This document shows, one piece after another, positions 1 to 11,350 of a stretch of 64,000 nucleotides of DNA. A program made the translations under genes and the position numbers. The notes under the pieces are model-generated. The model made no database searches and was not told the origin of the DNA. It saw only the letters and a list, made by a program, of their open reading frames with translations. Each line of letters starts with the position of its first letter. Positions within the stretch are counted from its first letter, which is position 1. This DNA comes from Mustelus asterias (lineage: Eukaryota), in NCBI RefSeq assembly GCF_964213995.1, contig NC_135808.1:50406001-50470000 (forward strand), read 5' to 3'.

Positions 1-523
1 TCTATTCTTCCTGCCAAAGTGGACACCTTCACATTTACCCAGGATATACTCCAGATGTTTCGCCATTCACTTCCCCTGTCCCTATCCCTTTGCAGACTCT
101 CTACCGCTTCTTGATAACTTACTTTCCCACCTATCTTAGTGTCATTGGGACATCAGCTCCATTCACTCCCTTCATCCAAGTCATTGATACGGATTGTGAA
201 TAGTTGTGGTCCCAGCACTGATTGTTCCAGAACTCCACTAATTACAGCTTCCCAACCCCAAAACAATCATTTATCCTCTCTCTCTGGTTGGTTAGCTAAC
301 CAATCCTCTATCAATGCTAATATGTTACCCACACACCATCGTCTTACCCACACACCATCGTATCTTGTGTTGTAACATTTGATGTGGCAATTTATCAAAT
401 ACCTTTTCGAATTCCCTGTACATCACAGCTACAAGTTCCCTTTTATCCATTTTGTGACCTCCGCAAAGGTGGGCAATGACATGTTTACAACAGAAAGAAA
501 CTGCTCCACATCGACCATGATGT

Positions 524-845
524 CCCACTGGAGCCTCCAATAGGGAGCAGTAAACATGGGCCTCCTTCCCACTGGAGCCTCCAATAGGGACCAGTAAACA
601 TGGCCTCCTTCCCACTGGAGCCTCCAATAGGGACCAGTAAACATGGCCTCCTTCCCACTGGAGCCTCTAATAGGGACCAGTAAACATGGGCCTCCTTCCC
701 ACTCGAGCCTCCAATAGGGACCAGTAAACATGGGCCTCCTTCCCACTGGAGCCTCTAATAGGGACCAGTAAACATGGCCTCCTTCCCACTGGAGCCTCCA
801 ATAGGGACCAGTAAACATGGGCCTCCTTCCCACTGGAGCCTCCAG
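524..845. repeat. 43-44 bp minisatellite, about 7 copies
   Basis: Unit CCCACTGGAGCCTCCAATAGGGACCAGTAAACATG(G)GCCTCCTT starts at 524, 568, 611, 654, 698, 742, 785, 829. Confidence 0.95.
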
Positions 846-1089
846 TAGCTGAGCTTCAAACTCCACATCTTCTCCATCATGTAGGCCTCTTATTTCCATC
901 TCTACAACATTGTCTGTCTCTACACTACATCAGTCCCTTAAGTACAGAAACCCTTATCCCTGCATGTCCCGCCTACTAACTCCATTATTCCGATATCCTC
1001 ACCCAGCTCCCCACATCCATAAACCCCAACTTGTCCCAAATGCAGTGGATCCGGATCCTGTCTCATACCAAGTGTCGTTCCAACGCCAC

Positions 1090-1262
1090 CCCTGATCTCA
1101 GTGACCTATCACCCCTGACCTCAGTGATCTATCACCCCTGACCTCAGTGATCTATCGCCCCTGACCTCAGTGATCTATCGCCCCTGACCTCAGTGATCTA
1201 TCGCCCCTGACTTCATTTACCTGTTACCGCTGGCCTCACTGATCTGTTACCCCTGACCTCAC
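1090..1262. repeat. 23 bp minisatellite, about 7 copies
   Basis: CCCTGACCTCAGTGATCTATCGC repeated at a 23-bp period. Confidence 0.9.
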
Positions 1263-1739
1263 TGCCCTCCAATTCCCTCCATGACCTCACTCCTCCCTAC
1301 CCTGCGTTCCTGCTCCAGACTCACATTTCTCCCTCACCTTCCATCTGCTGACTCTGCTCCCCGACCCATCACTGCTTCCTTCATCCCACCATTGACAGCA
1401 GAGCCTTCAGACGCCCAGGCCCTGCTCTCTGACCTCCCACCCCTAATCCCTCCCCCTCTCCTTGTCTCTCTCCCCATCAAACTCCATTCTTTCACCTAAG
1501 CCTTCGATCTCTCTTCCTAAACTACCCCCAGCCCCTCCCCCATTCCTCTTATGCTGCTCTGTGAAACATAACGGGCTATGTTGTACACTAAGGTGCTATA
1601 TAAATTCAGGTTCTGTGTGGATTTTGGTTGGGGACAGAATTAGACACAGTGGTGAAGGCTCTTGCAGTCAAATATCCTGCTGACAGGATCCAGATTTTAA
1701 CAGATCGAATGGGACATTGTATAAAGTAGGAATTATTAA

Positions 1740-4560
1740 AAATGTATTCATTGACGGGGTGTGGGTGTCACTGGTTATACCAGCATTTATTCCCATCCCT
1801 AATTGTCCTTGAGAAGGTGGTGATGAGCTGCCTTCTTGAGCTGCTGCAGTCCATGAGGTGTACATACACCCACAGTGCTGTTAGGGAGCGTTTTCAGGAT
1901 TCTGACCCAGCGACAGTGCATGAATGGAGATGTATTTCCACGTCAGAATGGCGTGTGGCTTGGAGGGGAATCTCCTGGTGGTGTTGATCCCAGGGATCTG
2001 CTACATTTGTCTTTCCAGATGATAGTGGTCATGGTATTCGAAGGTGCTGCCTCAGGAACCTTGGTGAGTTCATGCAGGGCATCTTATAGATGGTACGCAC
2101 TGCTGCTGCTGTCCGACAGTGGTGGAGGGATTTAATGTTTGTGAATGGGTGCCAATCAACTGGGGCTGCTTTGTCCTGGATGATGTTGAGCTTCTTGAGT
2201 GTTGCTGGAGCTCTACTCATCCAGACAAGTGGAGAGTATTCCATCACACTCCGGACTTGTGCCTTGTAGATGGTGGACAGGCTTTGGAGAGTCAGGATGT
2301 GAGTTACTCACCGCAGGATTCCTATCCACTGACCTGCTCTTGTAGCCACAGTATTTATAGGCTGGTCCAGTTGAGTTTCTGGTCAATCATATCCAACAGG
2401 ATTTTACAGTGGGGGATTCAGCAATGGTAATGACATTGAATGTCAAGGGGAGATGTTAAAATTCTCTCTTGTTGGAGATGGTGATTCCGTGGCACTTGTG
2501 TGGCACGAATGTTCCTGCTTCAATATCTGAGGAGTTGTGAATGGTGCTGAGCATTGTGCAATCGTCAGTGAACATCCCCACTTCTGAAGGTTATTAATGA
2601 AGCAGCTGAAGATGGTTGTGTCTCAGACACTACCCTGAGGAACTCCTGCAGTGATGTCCCAAGGCAATCTCAGATTGCAATCCGCTAACCACAACCATCT
2701 TCTCATCATATTGGGTGGCACGGTGACACACTCGTTAACACTACTGCCTCACAGCGCCAAGGACCCGGGTTTAATTCCTGGCACGGGACACTGTCTGTGT
2801 GGAGTTTGCATGCTCTCCCCGTGTCTGCTTGCGTTTCCTCCGGGTGTTCCGGTTTCCTCCCACAGTCCAAAAGACCTGCTGGTTAAATGCATTGGTCATG
2901 CTAAGTTCTCCCTCAGTGTCCCCGAACAGGCGTCGGAGTGCGGTGACTAAGGGATTTTGCTGGTAACTTCATTGCAGTGTTAATGTAAGCCTACTTGTGA
3001 CACTAATACTGACACTTAAACTTAAAAGTCCAATAACCACAACCATCTTCCTTTGTGCTGGGTGTGACTCCAGCCAGTGGAGAGTTTCCCCCTGATTTCC
3101 ATTGGTTCCAGTTTTGCGAGGGCTCCTAGATGCCACACTCGGTCAAATGCTGCCTTGATGTCAAGGGCAGTCACTCTCACCTCACCTCTGGGGTTCAGCT
3201 CTTTTGTCCATGTTTGAACCAAGGCTGTAATGAGGTCAGGAGCTGAGTGACCCTGGCGGAACCCTAACTGAGTGTCACTGAGCAGGTTGTTGCTAGTAAG
3301 TGCCGCTTGATAGAACTGTCAACAATTTAAATCACTTCACTGATGATTCAGAGTAGATTGATGGGGTGGTAAGTGGCCAGAATAGAATTATCCTGTTTTT
3401 TGGTATACAGGACATGTCTGGGCAATTTTCCACATTGCCGGGTAGATGCCAGTGTTGTAGCTGTACTGGAACAGCTTGGCTAAGGGCACGACAAGTTCTG
3501 GAGCGCAAGTTTTCAGGACTATTGCTGGATTATTGTCAGGAGACAGAGTCATTGCTGTATCCAGTTGTAAATGTATCAGCCTTTTCTTTTCACTGATGTG
3601 CTGGGCTCCTCCATCATTGAGGATGGGGATATTTGTGGAGCCTCCTCCTCCAGGGGGTTGTTTAATTGTCCACCACCATTCACGGCTGAATGTGGCAGGA
3701 CTGCAGAGCTTTGATCTGATCCATTGGTTGTGGGATGGTTTAGCTCTGTCTATCACTTGCTGCTTCTGCTGTTTGACACACAGTCCTGTGTTGAAGCTTC
3801 ACCAGGTTAACACCTCATTTTTCAGTATGTCTGCTGTTGCTCCTGCCATGTCCTCCTGCGCTCTTCATTGAACCATAGTTGATCCCCTGGCTGGGTGGTA
3901 ATGGTAGAGTGGGGGATATGCCGGGCCATGAGGTTACAGATTGTGGTTGAGTACAATTCTGCTGCTGCTGATGGCCCACAGTGCCTCATGGATGCCCAGT
4001 TTTGAGTTGCTAGATCTGTTTGAAATCGATCCCATTTAGCATGGTGGCAGTGCCACACAACACGATGGAGGGTACCCTCAATGTGAAGATGGGATTTTAT
4101 CTCCACAAGGACTGTGCGGTGGTCACTCCTACCGATACTGTCATGGACAGATGCATCTGCGGCAGGCAGGTTGGTGAGGATGAGGTCGAGTATGTTTCTC
4201 CCTCTTGTTGGTTCCCTCCCCACCTGCCGCAGTCCCAGTCTAGCAGCTATGTCCTTTAGGACCCGGCCAGCTCGGTGTGTGGTGGTGCTACCGAGTAACT
4301 CTTGGTGATGGACATTGAAGTCCCCACCCAGAGTACATTCTGTGTCCTTGCCACCCTCAGTGCTTCCTCCAAGTGCTGTTCAACATGGAGGAGAACTGAT
4401 TCATCAGCTGAGGGTGGACAGGATGTGGTAACCAGAGGAGGTTTCCTTGTCCGTGTTTGACATGTTACTGAGAGACTACATGGAGTCTGGAATGTTGTTG
4501 AGGATTCCCAGGATAACTCCCTCCTGACTGTATCCCACTGTGCCTTCTGTGCTGGGAGAT
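1740..4560 (-). mobile_element. Degenerate non-LTR retrotransposon (CR1/L2-group LINE, endonuclease plus RT), interrupted by a SINE
   Basis: Frameshifted fragments EPTRGRNILDLILTN...SDHRTV (APE endonuclease C-terminus), REWWWTIKQ and ALDIKAAFDRVWH (RT). Confidence 0.85.
2714..3025 (+). mobile_element. tRNA-derived SINE (V-SINE/HE1-like)
   Basis: GGGTGGCACGGTG...CACTACTGCCTCACAGCGCCAAGGACCCGGGTT head and central GTTTCCTCCGGGTGTTCCGGTTTCCTCCCACAGTCCAAA domain. Absent from the paralogous arm near 26020. Confidence 0.85.
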
Positions 4561-7548
4561 TAGAGGTAGTGGACACGGTTCACCATTTTCTCCCGTCTCA
4601 GTAACAAACATCCAGCTGCTCTGAGCTCCTTCTTTCACTTCCTCTGTTGGTTACGTTTCAATCTTCCGATCTGACAGTCTTTGCAGTTATTTTTGACACT
4701 GGGGATTTGTGCTGTGGTCTGAATCTCTAACAATAACTGTCCAATCAGTGAAAAGAACAGCAGCTCAGAGCAGTCAGGACTGAGGAGCCAGGCTCACTGG
4801 GAAACACATTGGGAAGATCAAAGCCATTGGTCTTCAGCTCCCGATACAAACTCCATCCCTCCCCCTGAGCACTGTCTGCTGCTCAACCAGACTCTCTACA
4901 ACATTGGCCTCATCTTTGACCCCGATCTGACCCTCCAAATCCTCCACATCACAAAGATTACACTGCTCTCTCTTTCTTCGGTTGAAAGTGGATGTTTTCA
5001 CATTCTCCACATTGAACTCCATCTGCCATTGTCTTCAGACCCCATCACAAACTCTGTTCCCTCAACACTGATTCCATCCCTTCCCCATTGGAGTGTCTGA
5101 CACTGAACCACACACTCCACAGCCATGGTGTCCTATTTGACCCTGAGATGAGTTTCCCACCACATCATCCACTCCATCACTAAGACCACCTAGTTCCACC
5201 TCAGTAACATCTCCCGAGTCCCCCCTGCCTCACATCATCTGCTGCTGAAAATCTCATCCGTGTCTTTGTTATCTCTGAACATTACTATTCCAATGCTGTC
5301 CTGGCCGACCTCACACCCACCACCCTCCGTTATCATCAGCTCACCCAGAACTCTGCTGCCCGGATCTGAACTCACACCAAATCCCGTTCACCCGTCACCC
5401 CCTGTGTTCACTGACCTACACTGACCCCCGGTCCAGCCATGCCCCGATTTTAACATAAACATCCTGCCTCTCAAATCTCTCCCTATCCTGCACCCTCCCT
5501 ATCTCTGTAACCTCCTCTAAGCTGCCTAACTTAGTGTGCTCAGTAATCTTGGATATGTGTCTCTCTATTGCTTCATCCAAGTCATTGTCAAATATAGTGA
5601 AAAGCTGAGGCTTCAGCACAGATCCCTGGGGACATCACTATTCACAGCTTGCTGATTGGAATACACACACATTATCCCTACTCTCTGTCTCCTACCTCCA
5701 AATCAATTCCTTATCTATGGCAAAAGCTTTCCTCAAATTCCATACGCTTCCATTTTTATTCACAGCCTCTCATGTGGCACCTGCCCGAATGTCTTCTGGA
5801 AATGCATAGAAATAACATCCAGAGACATTCCTTTATGAGCACATTAGTGGCTCATTCACAAATGTAAGCGGCTGAGTTGAACATAAATGACTCTTTTGAA
5901 ATCCGTGTTGACTCTCTCTGATCCGTTCATGTTTCTCACTCGTCCTGCCTCTAAAAAAACATTCCAGTCACTTTCCCACAATACACATTAAACTGAGCTG
6001 TTAGTTGTGAATGACTCTAATAAAACAGCTAGTACAGACATGAAGAGTTGAATGGCCTCCTCCTGTGTTATAGACCTACTGAGTCCTTGACTGAAACATC
6101 TGGATTGGAACAGGAGGTGGGCTGGAGGTTAAACAATGAGTTGAAGGTAGACGGAGTGTTATTAGTGGGTCATGTCCAATGTACATTGTGTCCATCACTC
6201 TCTCCAAAAGATGGGGGCAAATTTCCCAGAAAATAATGTGCCATCGGGGCGGAAAAATGGGAGATTTTCCTGCCGTTTTCTGGGTGTATTTAGTTGAATT
6301 TCCAGCACTCGGTGTTTCACAAAATCCGTCAGGGATTTACACCAGTGGACGGGGTTAATCCCACCCGTGAGGACTGGATCAGCAGCCCCGCATCCCTGCC
6401 TCGCGATGGTTTCCCCAACCTAATTCCCCACTCCCCTGATCACAGCCCCCAACCCCCCCACCCCCACCTCCCCTTCCCCAATAGACTGGCCTCCTGATGG
6501 CTTCCCCAACCCCCACCCACCCCTCCAATTGCCGGCCCCGACACCCCCACTCCCTGATCACCAGCCTCCCAATGGCTTCCTCAACTGGAAGGTTCCTGCT
6601 GAACTCAGCAACAATTCTGGTCCCCCCCTCCCCACACCAGCTTCTAAACAAACATCAGCGATGGAATTGGGGAGAAGCGCAGAAAGAAACTTTAGTAAAA
6701 GTCAAGCCAGCTTTACAATCATCGTCATTGCTCGTGCACTTTGACCCGAGCAAACCATTCGGAATCACTTGTGACGCCTCGCCATACTTTGCAGGGGGAT
6801 GGGACACACTGTAGATGTACAGTTTGGAGTGAGATTCAGTCAGATATAGAAGGAAAACTCGGTCAGTCCAGCAGGCAGAGAAGACTTGGGCATGATAAGG
6901 CACATGGGAAGATTGGAAGGCTAAACTGCATCTATTTTAATACAAGGAGCCTGTCTGGTCAGGCAGATGAACTTAGAGAGTTGGTCAGCACGTGGAAATA
7001 TGAGATTGTTGCAATCACTGAGACATGGTTGAAAGAAAAGCAGGACTGGCAACTCAACACTCCAGGGTATAGAAGTTTCAGGTGTGATGGGGGTCGGGGG
7101 GGAGTGGGGTATGTAAGAGAGGAGGGGACATTGTTTTATTGATTAAAGAGACCAAGCCTGCAGTAATGAGGGAGGAGATATTGGAACACTCTTCAAATGA
7201 GGCCATATGGGTGGAGCTGAGAAATATAAAGGGCGATCATTGTGCTGGGATTACACTACAGGCCTCCCAACACTCAGAGGGAGATGGAGGAGCAGATATG
7301 TAGGCAAATCACAGAGAGAGGTGTGAGAGGAATAGGTCTGCAGTAGTCGGGGATTTCAACCTCACCAATATTAATGGAATCACCTCAGTGTGAAAGGATT
7401 AGACAGGGTGGAGTTTTTGAAGTGATTCCAGAGCTTTTTATGTCAGTAGATCGATAATCCAACTTGGGATGGCCCGTGCTCGACCTAATCCTCGAGAATG
7501 AAGCTGGGTAAGTTGTTGAAGTATCAGTGTGTGAGCATTTTGGGGATA

Positions 7549-8308
7549 AGAACAAAGAACAAAGAACAATACAGCACAGGAACAGGCCCTTCGGCCCTCC
7601 AAGCCCGCGCCGCTCCCCGGTCCAGGATTGAATCCTGAATCCAGGATCCCCGCCCAATTTTCCAGCCTATCTACATCCTAATATCCTATCCACCGAGCTG
7701 TCCCTCACAGCTACGATGCTTTGTTCATCACAACCTATTAACTCTCCCCCACCCCCCCATTCCAGACCATGTGATCTCCAGGGAGAGGCGAAAACCCAGA
7801 GTGAAAACCCCAGGGCCAATATGGGGAAAAAAAAATCTGGGAAATTCCTCTCGACCCCCTGAGGCGATCGAAACGAGTCCAGGAGATCACACTGGCCCTG
7901 ATCAGAAAATGCTTCCCAACCCTATTCATTTCCACTTCTGCTTTACGAACACCATCTGAATTCCCTGCCCCCGAGACAGGTTCCCAACTATCCGCAGTCT
8001 CGCTCTGTACTGGCACCAGCAAGATGATCATAGAATGAAGCCTTGAAACGAGAAACAAAGAACAATTAGCCCGCGCCGCTCCCTGGTCCAAACTAGACCA
8101 CTCTTTTGTATTCCTCCATTCCCACTCCGTTCATATAGCTGTCTAGATAAGTCTTAAACGTTCCCAGTGTGTCCGCCTCCACCACCTTGCCCGACAACAC
8201 ATTCCAGGCCCCCACGACCCTCTGTGTAAAATATGTCCTTCTGATATCTGTGTTAAACCTCCCCCCCTTCACCTTGAACCTATGACCCCTCGTGAACGTC
8301 ACCACCGA
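7549..8308 (-). mobile_element. CR1 3' end with (TTCTTTG)n tail and an extra ~440 bp segment in the 3' UTR
   Basis: TRGHRFKV...FTQRVVGAWN...KTYLD C-terminus. Tail reads AAGAACAAAGAACAAAGAAC on + at 7548-7568. Confidence 0.85.
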
Positions 8309-8494
8309 TGGGGAAGGTGGACAGAGCAATGAAACGTGGAATTTAATCCTGATAAGTGTGAGGGGAGATTTAATAAAGGTTGGATATACAAAATGAATGG
8401 TAGGTCCCGAGGGAGAATTGAAGAACAAAGGGACTTTGGTGTACAAGTCCATGAATCCCTGAGGGATAGTGCGATGAAGAAGGCAATTGGAATA

Positions 8495-9293
8495 CTTAGA
8501 GTTCAATCCTGATAAATGCGAAGTGATGCATTTTGGTAGAACTAATGTAGGGAGGAGCTATACGATAAATGGCAGAACCATAAAGGGCGTAGATGCGCAG
8601 AGGGACCTGGGTGTGCAAGTCCACAGATCCTTGAAGGTGACGTCACAGGTGGAGAAGGTGGTGAAGAAGGCATATGGCATGCTTGCCTTTATAGGACGGG
8701 GCATAGAGTATAAAAGTTGGGGTCTGATGTTGCAGATGTATAGAACGTTGGTTCGGCCGCATTTGGAATACTGCGTCCAGTTCTGTTCGCCACACTACCA
8801 GAAGGATGTGGAGGCTTTGGAGAGAGTACAGAGGAGGTTTACCAGGATGTTGCCTGGTATGGAGGGGCTTAGTTATGAGGAGAGATTGGGTAAACTGGGG
8901 TTGTTCTCCCTGGAAAGACGGAGGATGAGGGGAGACTTAATAGAGGTGTATAAAATTATGAAAGGCATAGATAGGGTGAACGGTGAGAAGCTTTTCCCCA
9001 GGTCGGTGGTGACGTTCACAAGGGGTCATAGGTTCAAGGTGAAGGGGGGGAGGTTTAACACAGATATCAGAAGGACATATTTTACACAGAGGGTGGTGGG
9101 GGCCTGGAATGCGCTGCCAGGCAAGGCGGTGGAGGCGGACACACTGGGAACGTTTAAGACTTATCTAGACAGCCACATGAACGGAGTGGGAATGGAGGGA
9201 TACAAAAGAATGGTCTAGTTTGGACCAGGGAGCGGCACGGGCTTGGAGGGCCGAAGGGCCTGTTCCTGTGCTGTATTGTTCTTTGTTCTTTGT
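8495..9293 (+). mobile_element. 5'-truncated CR1 LINE (RT C-terminal region and 3' tail)
   Basis: EFNPDKCEVMHFG...LVRPHLEYCVQF...LERRRMRGDLIEVYK, followed by a TTCTTTG tail. Confidence 0.92.
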
Positions 9294-10398
9294 TGTTTGT
9301 ATTAGCCGGGGTTCGAATATGGGAGCAGGTAAATGGGATTAGTATAGATTGGTTTGGATGGCCAGCATAGACATGGTGGGCCGAAGGACCTGTTTCTGTG
9401 CTGTGTGACTGTATGACGCTATATGGAGTTGGAGCAGTTCTATCCCATAGACTGGCAGATGGGACGGAGAGGCTAAATTCATTTGCTTTGAGGACTTTGT
9501 CAGACGTTGAGAAAATGTACTCACAAATCGATAAAGAAAGCCGAGCAGTTATCTACACAGTGAGGAATTTCACCAATACGTCTATGGGCGGCATTTCACC
9601 ATCGTGTCAGAGCGTAAGCCATTGTTGGGGCTTTTCCGGGAGGATAAGCCAGTGCCACCTATTGCCTCTGCCAGGGGGCAGAGATGGGCATTGCTGCTGG
9701 CACTAAACATCTAAACCTTCCAGCTTAGGCCAGGAACACAGCTCTCAAATGCAGATGCATTGAGCCGCCTGCCGCTACCCCAGACCATACCGTCACCGCC
9801 TGTTCCACAGGAGATAGTATTGGCTCTGCATTATTTGGTCACCCTGCCTGTCTCAGCAGCCCACACTCAGACGTGGACAGATAGGGAGCCGGTGTTAGCA
9901 AAGGGCAAGAAAATGGTACTGACCGGGTGGCACTTGGACAAGGCAGAGCAAATGAAGCTGTATTTACATTGCAGGGACCAGATACCCTGCGAAGATGGGG
10001 TGCTATTGTCGGGGGGTCTGTGTCAGCGTACCACCCCTTGTGCAATGGCCACTGCTCCAAGAGTTACATGATACCCAAACTGGCCAGAGCAGAATGAAAG
10101 TGTTGGCCAGAAGTTATGTCTGGTGGCCTGGCATTGACAGAGACATTGAACAAACGGTTGGGCAGTGTGAGAGTTGTCTGACTCAGCAAGCGTTACCTCC
10201 ACCAGCGAACATGCTCCCTTGGGATGTCCGGCCCGTCTGTGGAAAAGGTTTCATGTAGATTTGGCTGGACATTTTTGGGGGCAGATGTTCCTGATGTCAG
10301 TCGATGCCCATTCCAAGTGGCTGGACGATCAGCTCATGAGACCCATCACAGTCTCCATTTACCATCGATAAACTGAGGCAGATCTTTGTGATCCATGG

Positions 10399-11350
10399 TG
10401 AAGATGGGAATGGGTTCATGAACTTTGTAACACTTAAGCATTGAGACCCGAACTCTGTAATACTTAGAGATTTGTGAGACTCACTGTGGAGCTCATTGTT
10501 TTTGTGTCTGTAGAACTTGTTTTCGTCACCCAGATAAGGGAAGCAGCTGCTGTGTACAAGTTCATGATTTTTCCCAGCTAATTGTATGTCAGGAATGTGG
10601 CTAACCCAGCTGGTATAAGCTAAGCTAGACTCCATTTTATGTTCAGTTATATTATGTATCTTTGTTTTACACGGTGGAGCTGACATGTATGCCTTCTGTG
10701 ATCGTATAATCATAGATTCATATATATTCATTATATACTATTCATCCTCACCGATATAAAGTGTTATATAGGCCCCTGTACATCAGTTAACTTGTTTGTG
10801 CAAACTTATAATCTAAACAACCCACAGGAGTCAAAGAACAAAGAACAAAGAACAGTACAGCACAGGAAACAGGCCCTTCGGCCCTCCAAGCCTGTGCCGC
10901 TCCTTGGTCCAACTAGACCAATCGTTTGTATCCCTCCATTCCCAGGCTGCTCATGTGACTATCCAGGTAAGTCTTCAACGATGTCAGCGTGCCTGCCTCC
11001 ACCACCCTACTTGGCAGCGCATTCCAGGCCCCCACCACCCTCTGTGTAAAAATAACTGTGTAATATAACTGAACATAAAATGTCCACATAGAGATGACAA
11101 AACAGACAGCCTTGAGATGGCCATGATTACGCGGACTATGTGAAGGATGGAATCGCTGAGGCAGCAATAATCATGGGAAGATGCGGACGTGACCAGGGAC
11201 GAAAATATATGTATAAATATTTGATCTTAACTCATATTCGGTGTGAAGTCTGGAGACCGCGTTAGGGATCGGACTTCTCCCACAATTGTGAAAATAAACC
11301 ACTATACTTTGACTCACGACTAGTCTCAAAGGTATTATTTACCTCCAACA
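10399..11350 (+). mobile_element. Solo LTR related to the ERV at 46947, with a CR1 3' fragment (about 10834-11052, - strand) inside
   Basis: TG...CA termini, 4-bp TSD ATGG (10395-10398 / 11351-11354), and AATAAA near the 3' end. Both ends resemble 46947-47622. Removing it restores the Gypsy integrase motif IHG-LPE. Confidence 0.85.

Larger units (their letters stand above)
1..4957 (-). repeat. Inverted segmental duplicate (arm A) of the V-upstream region 24107-28891
   Basis: Position 1 TCTATTCTTCCTGCCAAAGTGGACAC is the reverse complement of the sequence ending at 28891. The match continues collinearly to 4957/24107, with the same LINE relic, VNTRs and unique island in mirror order. Confidence 0.93.
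6787..9416 (+). mobile_element. CR1 LINE insertion (decayed endonuclease region) carrying younger nested CR1 3' fragments
   Basis: LNCIYFNTRSL...IVAITETWL endonuclease start. Flanked by a 7-bp target-site duplication CGCCATA (6780-6786) / CGCTATA (9417-9423). Confidence 0.8.

Noticed and set aside
325-899. Repetitive ORFs (LLEAPVGRRPMFTGPYWRLQW)
   Set aside because: Produced by the 43-44 bp minisatellite.
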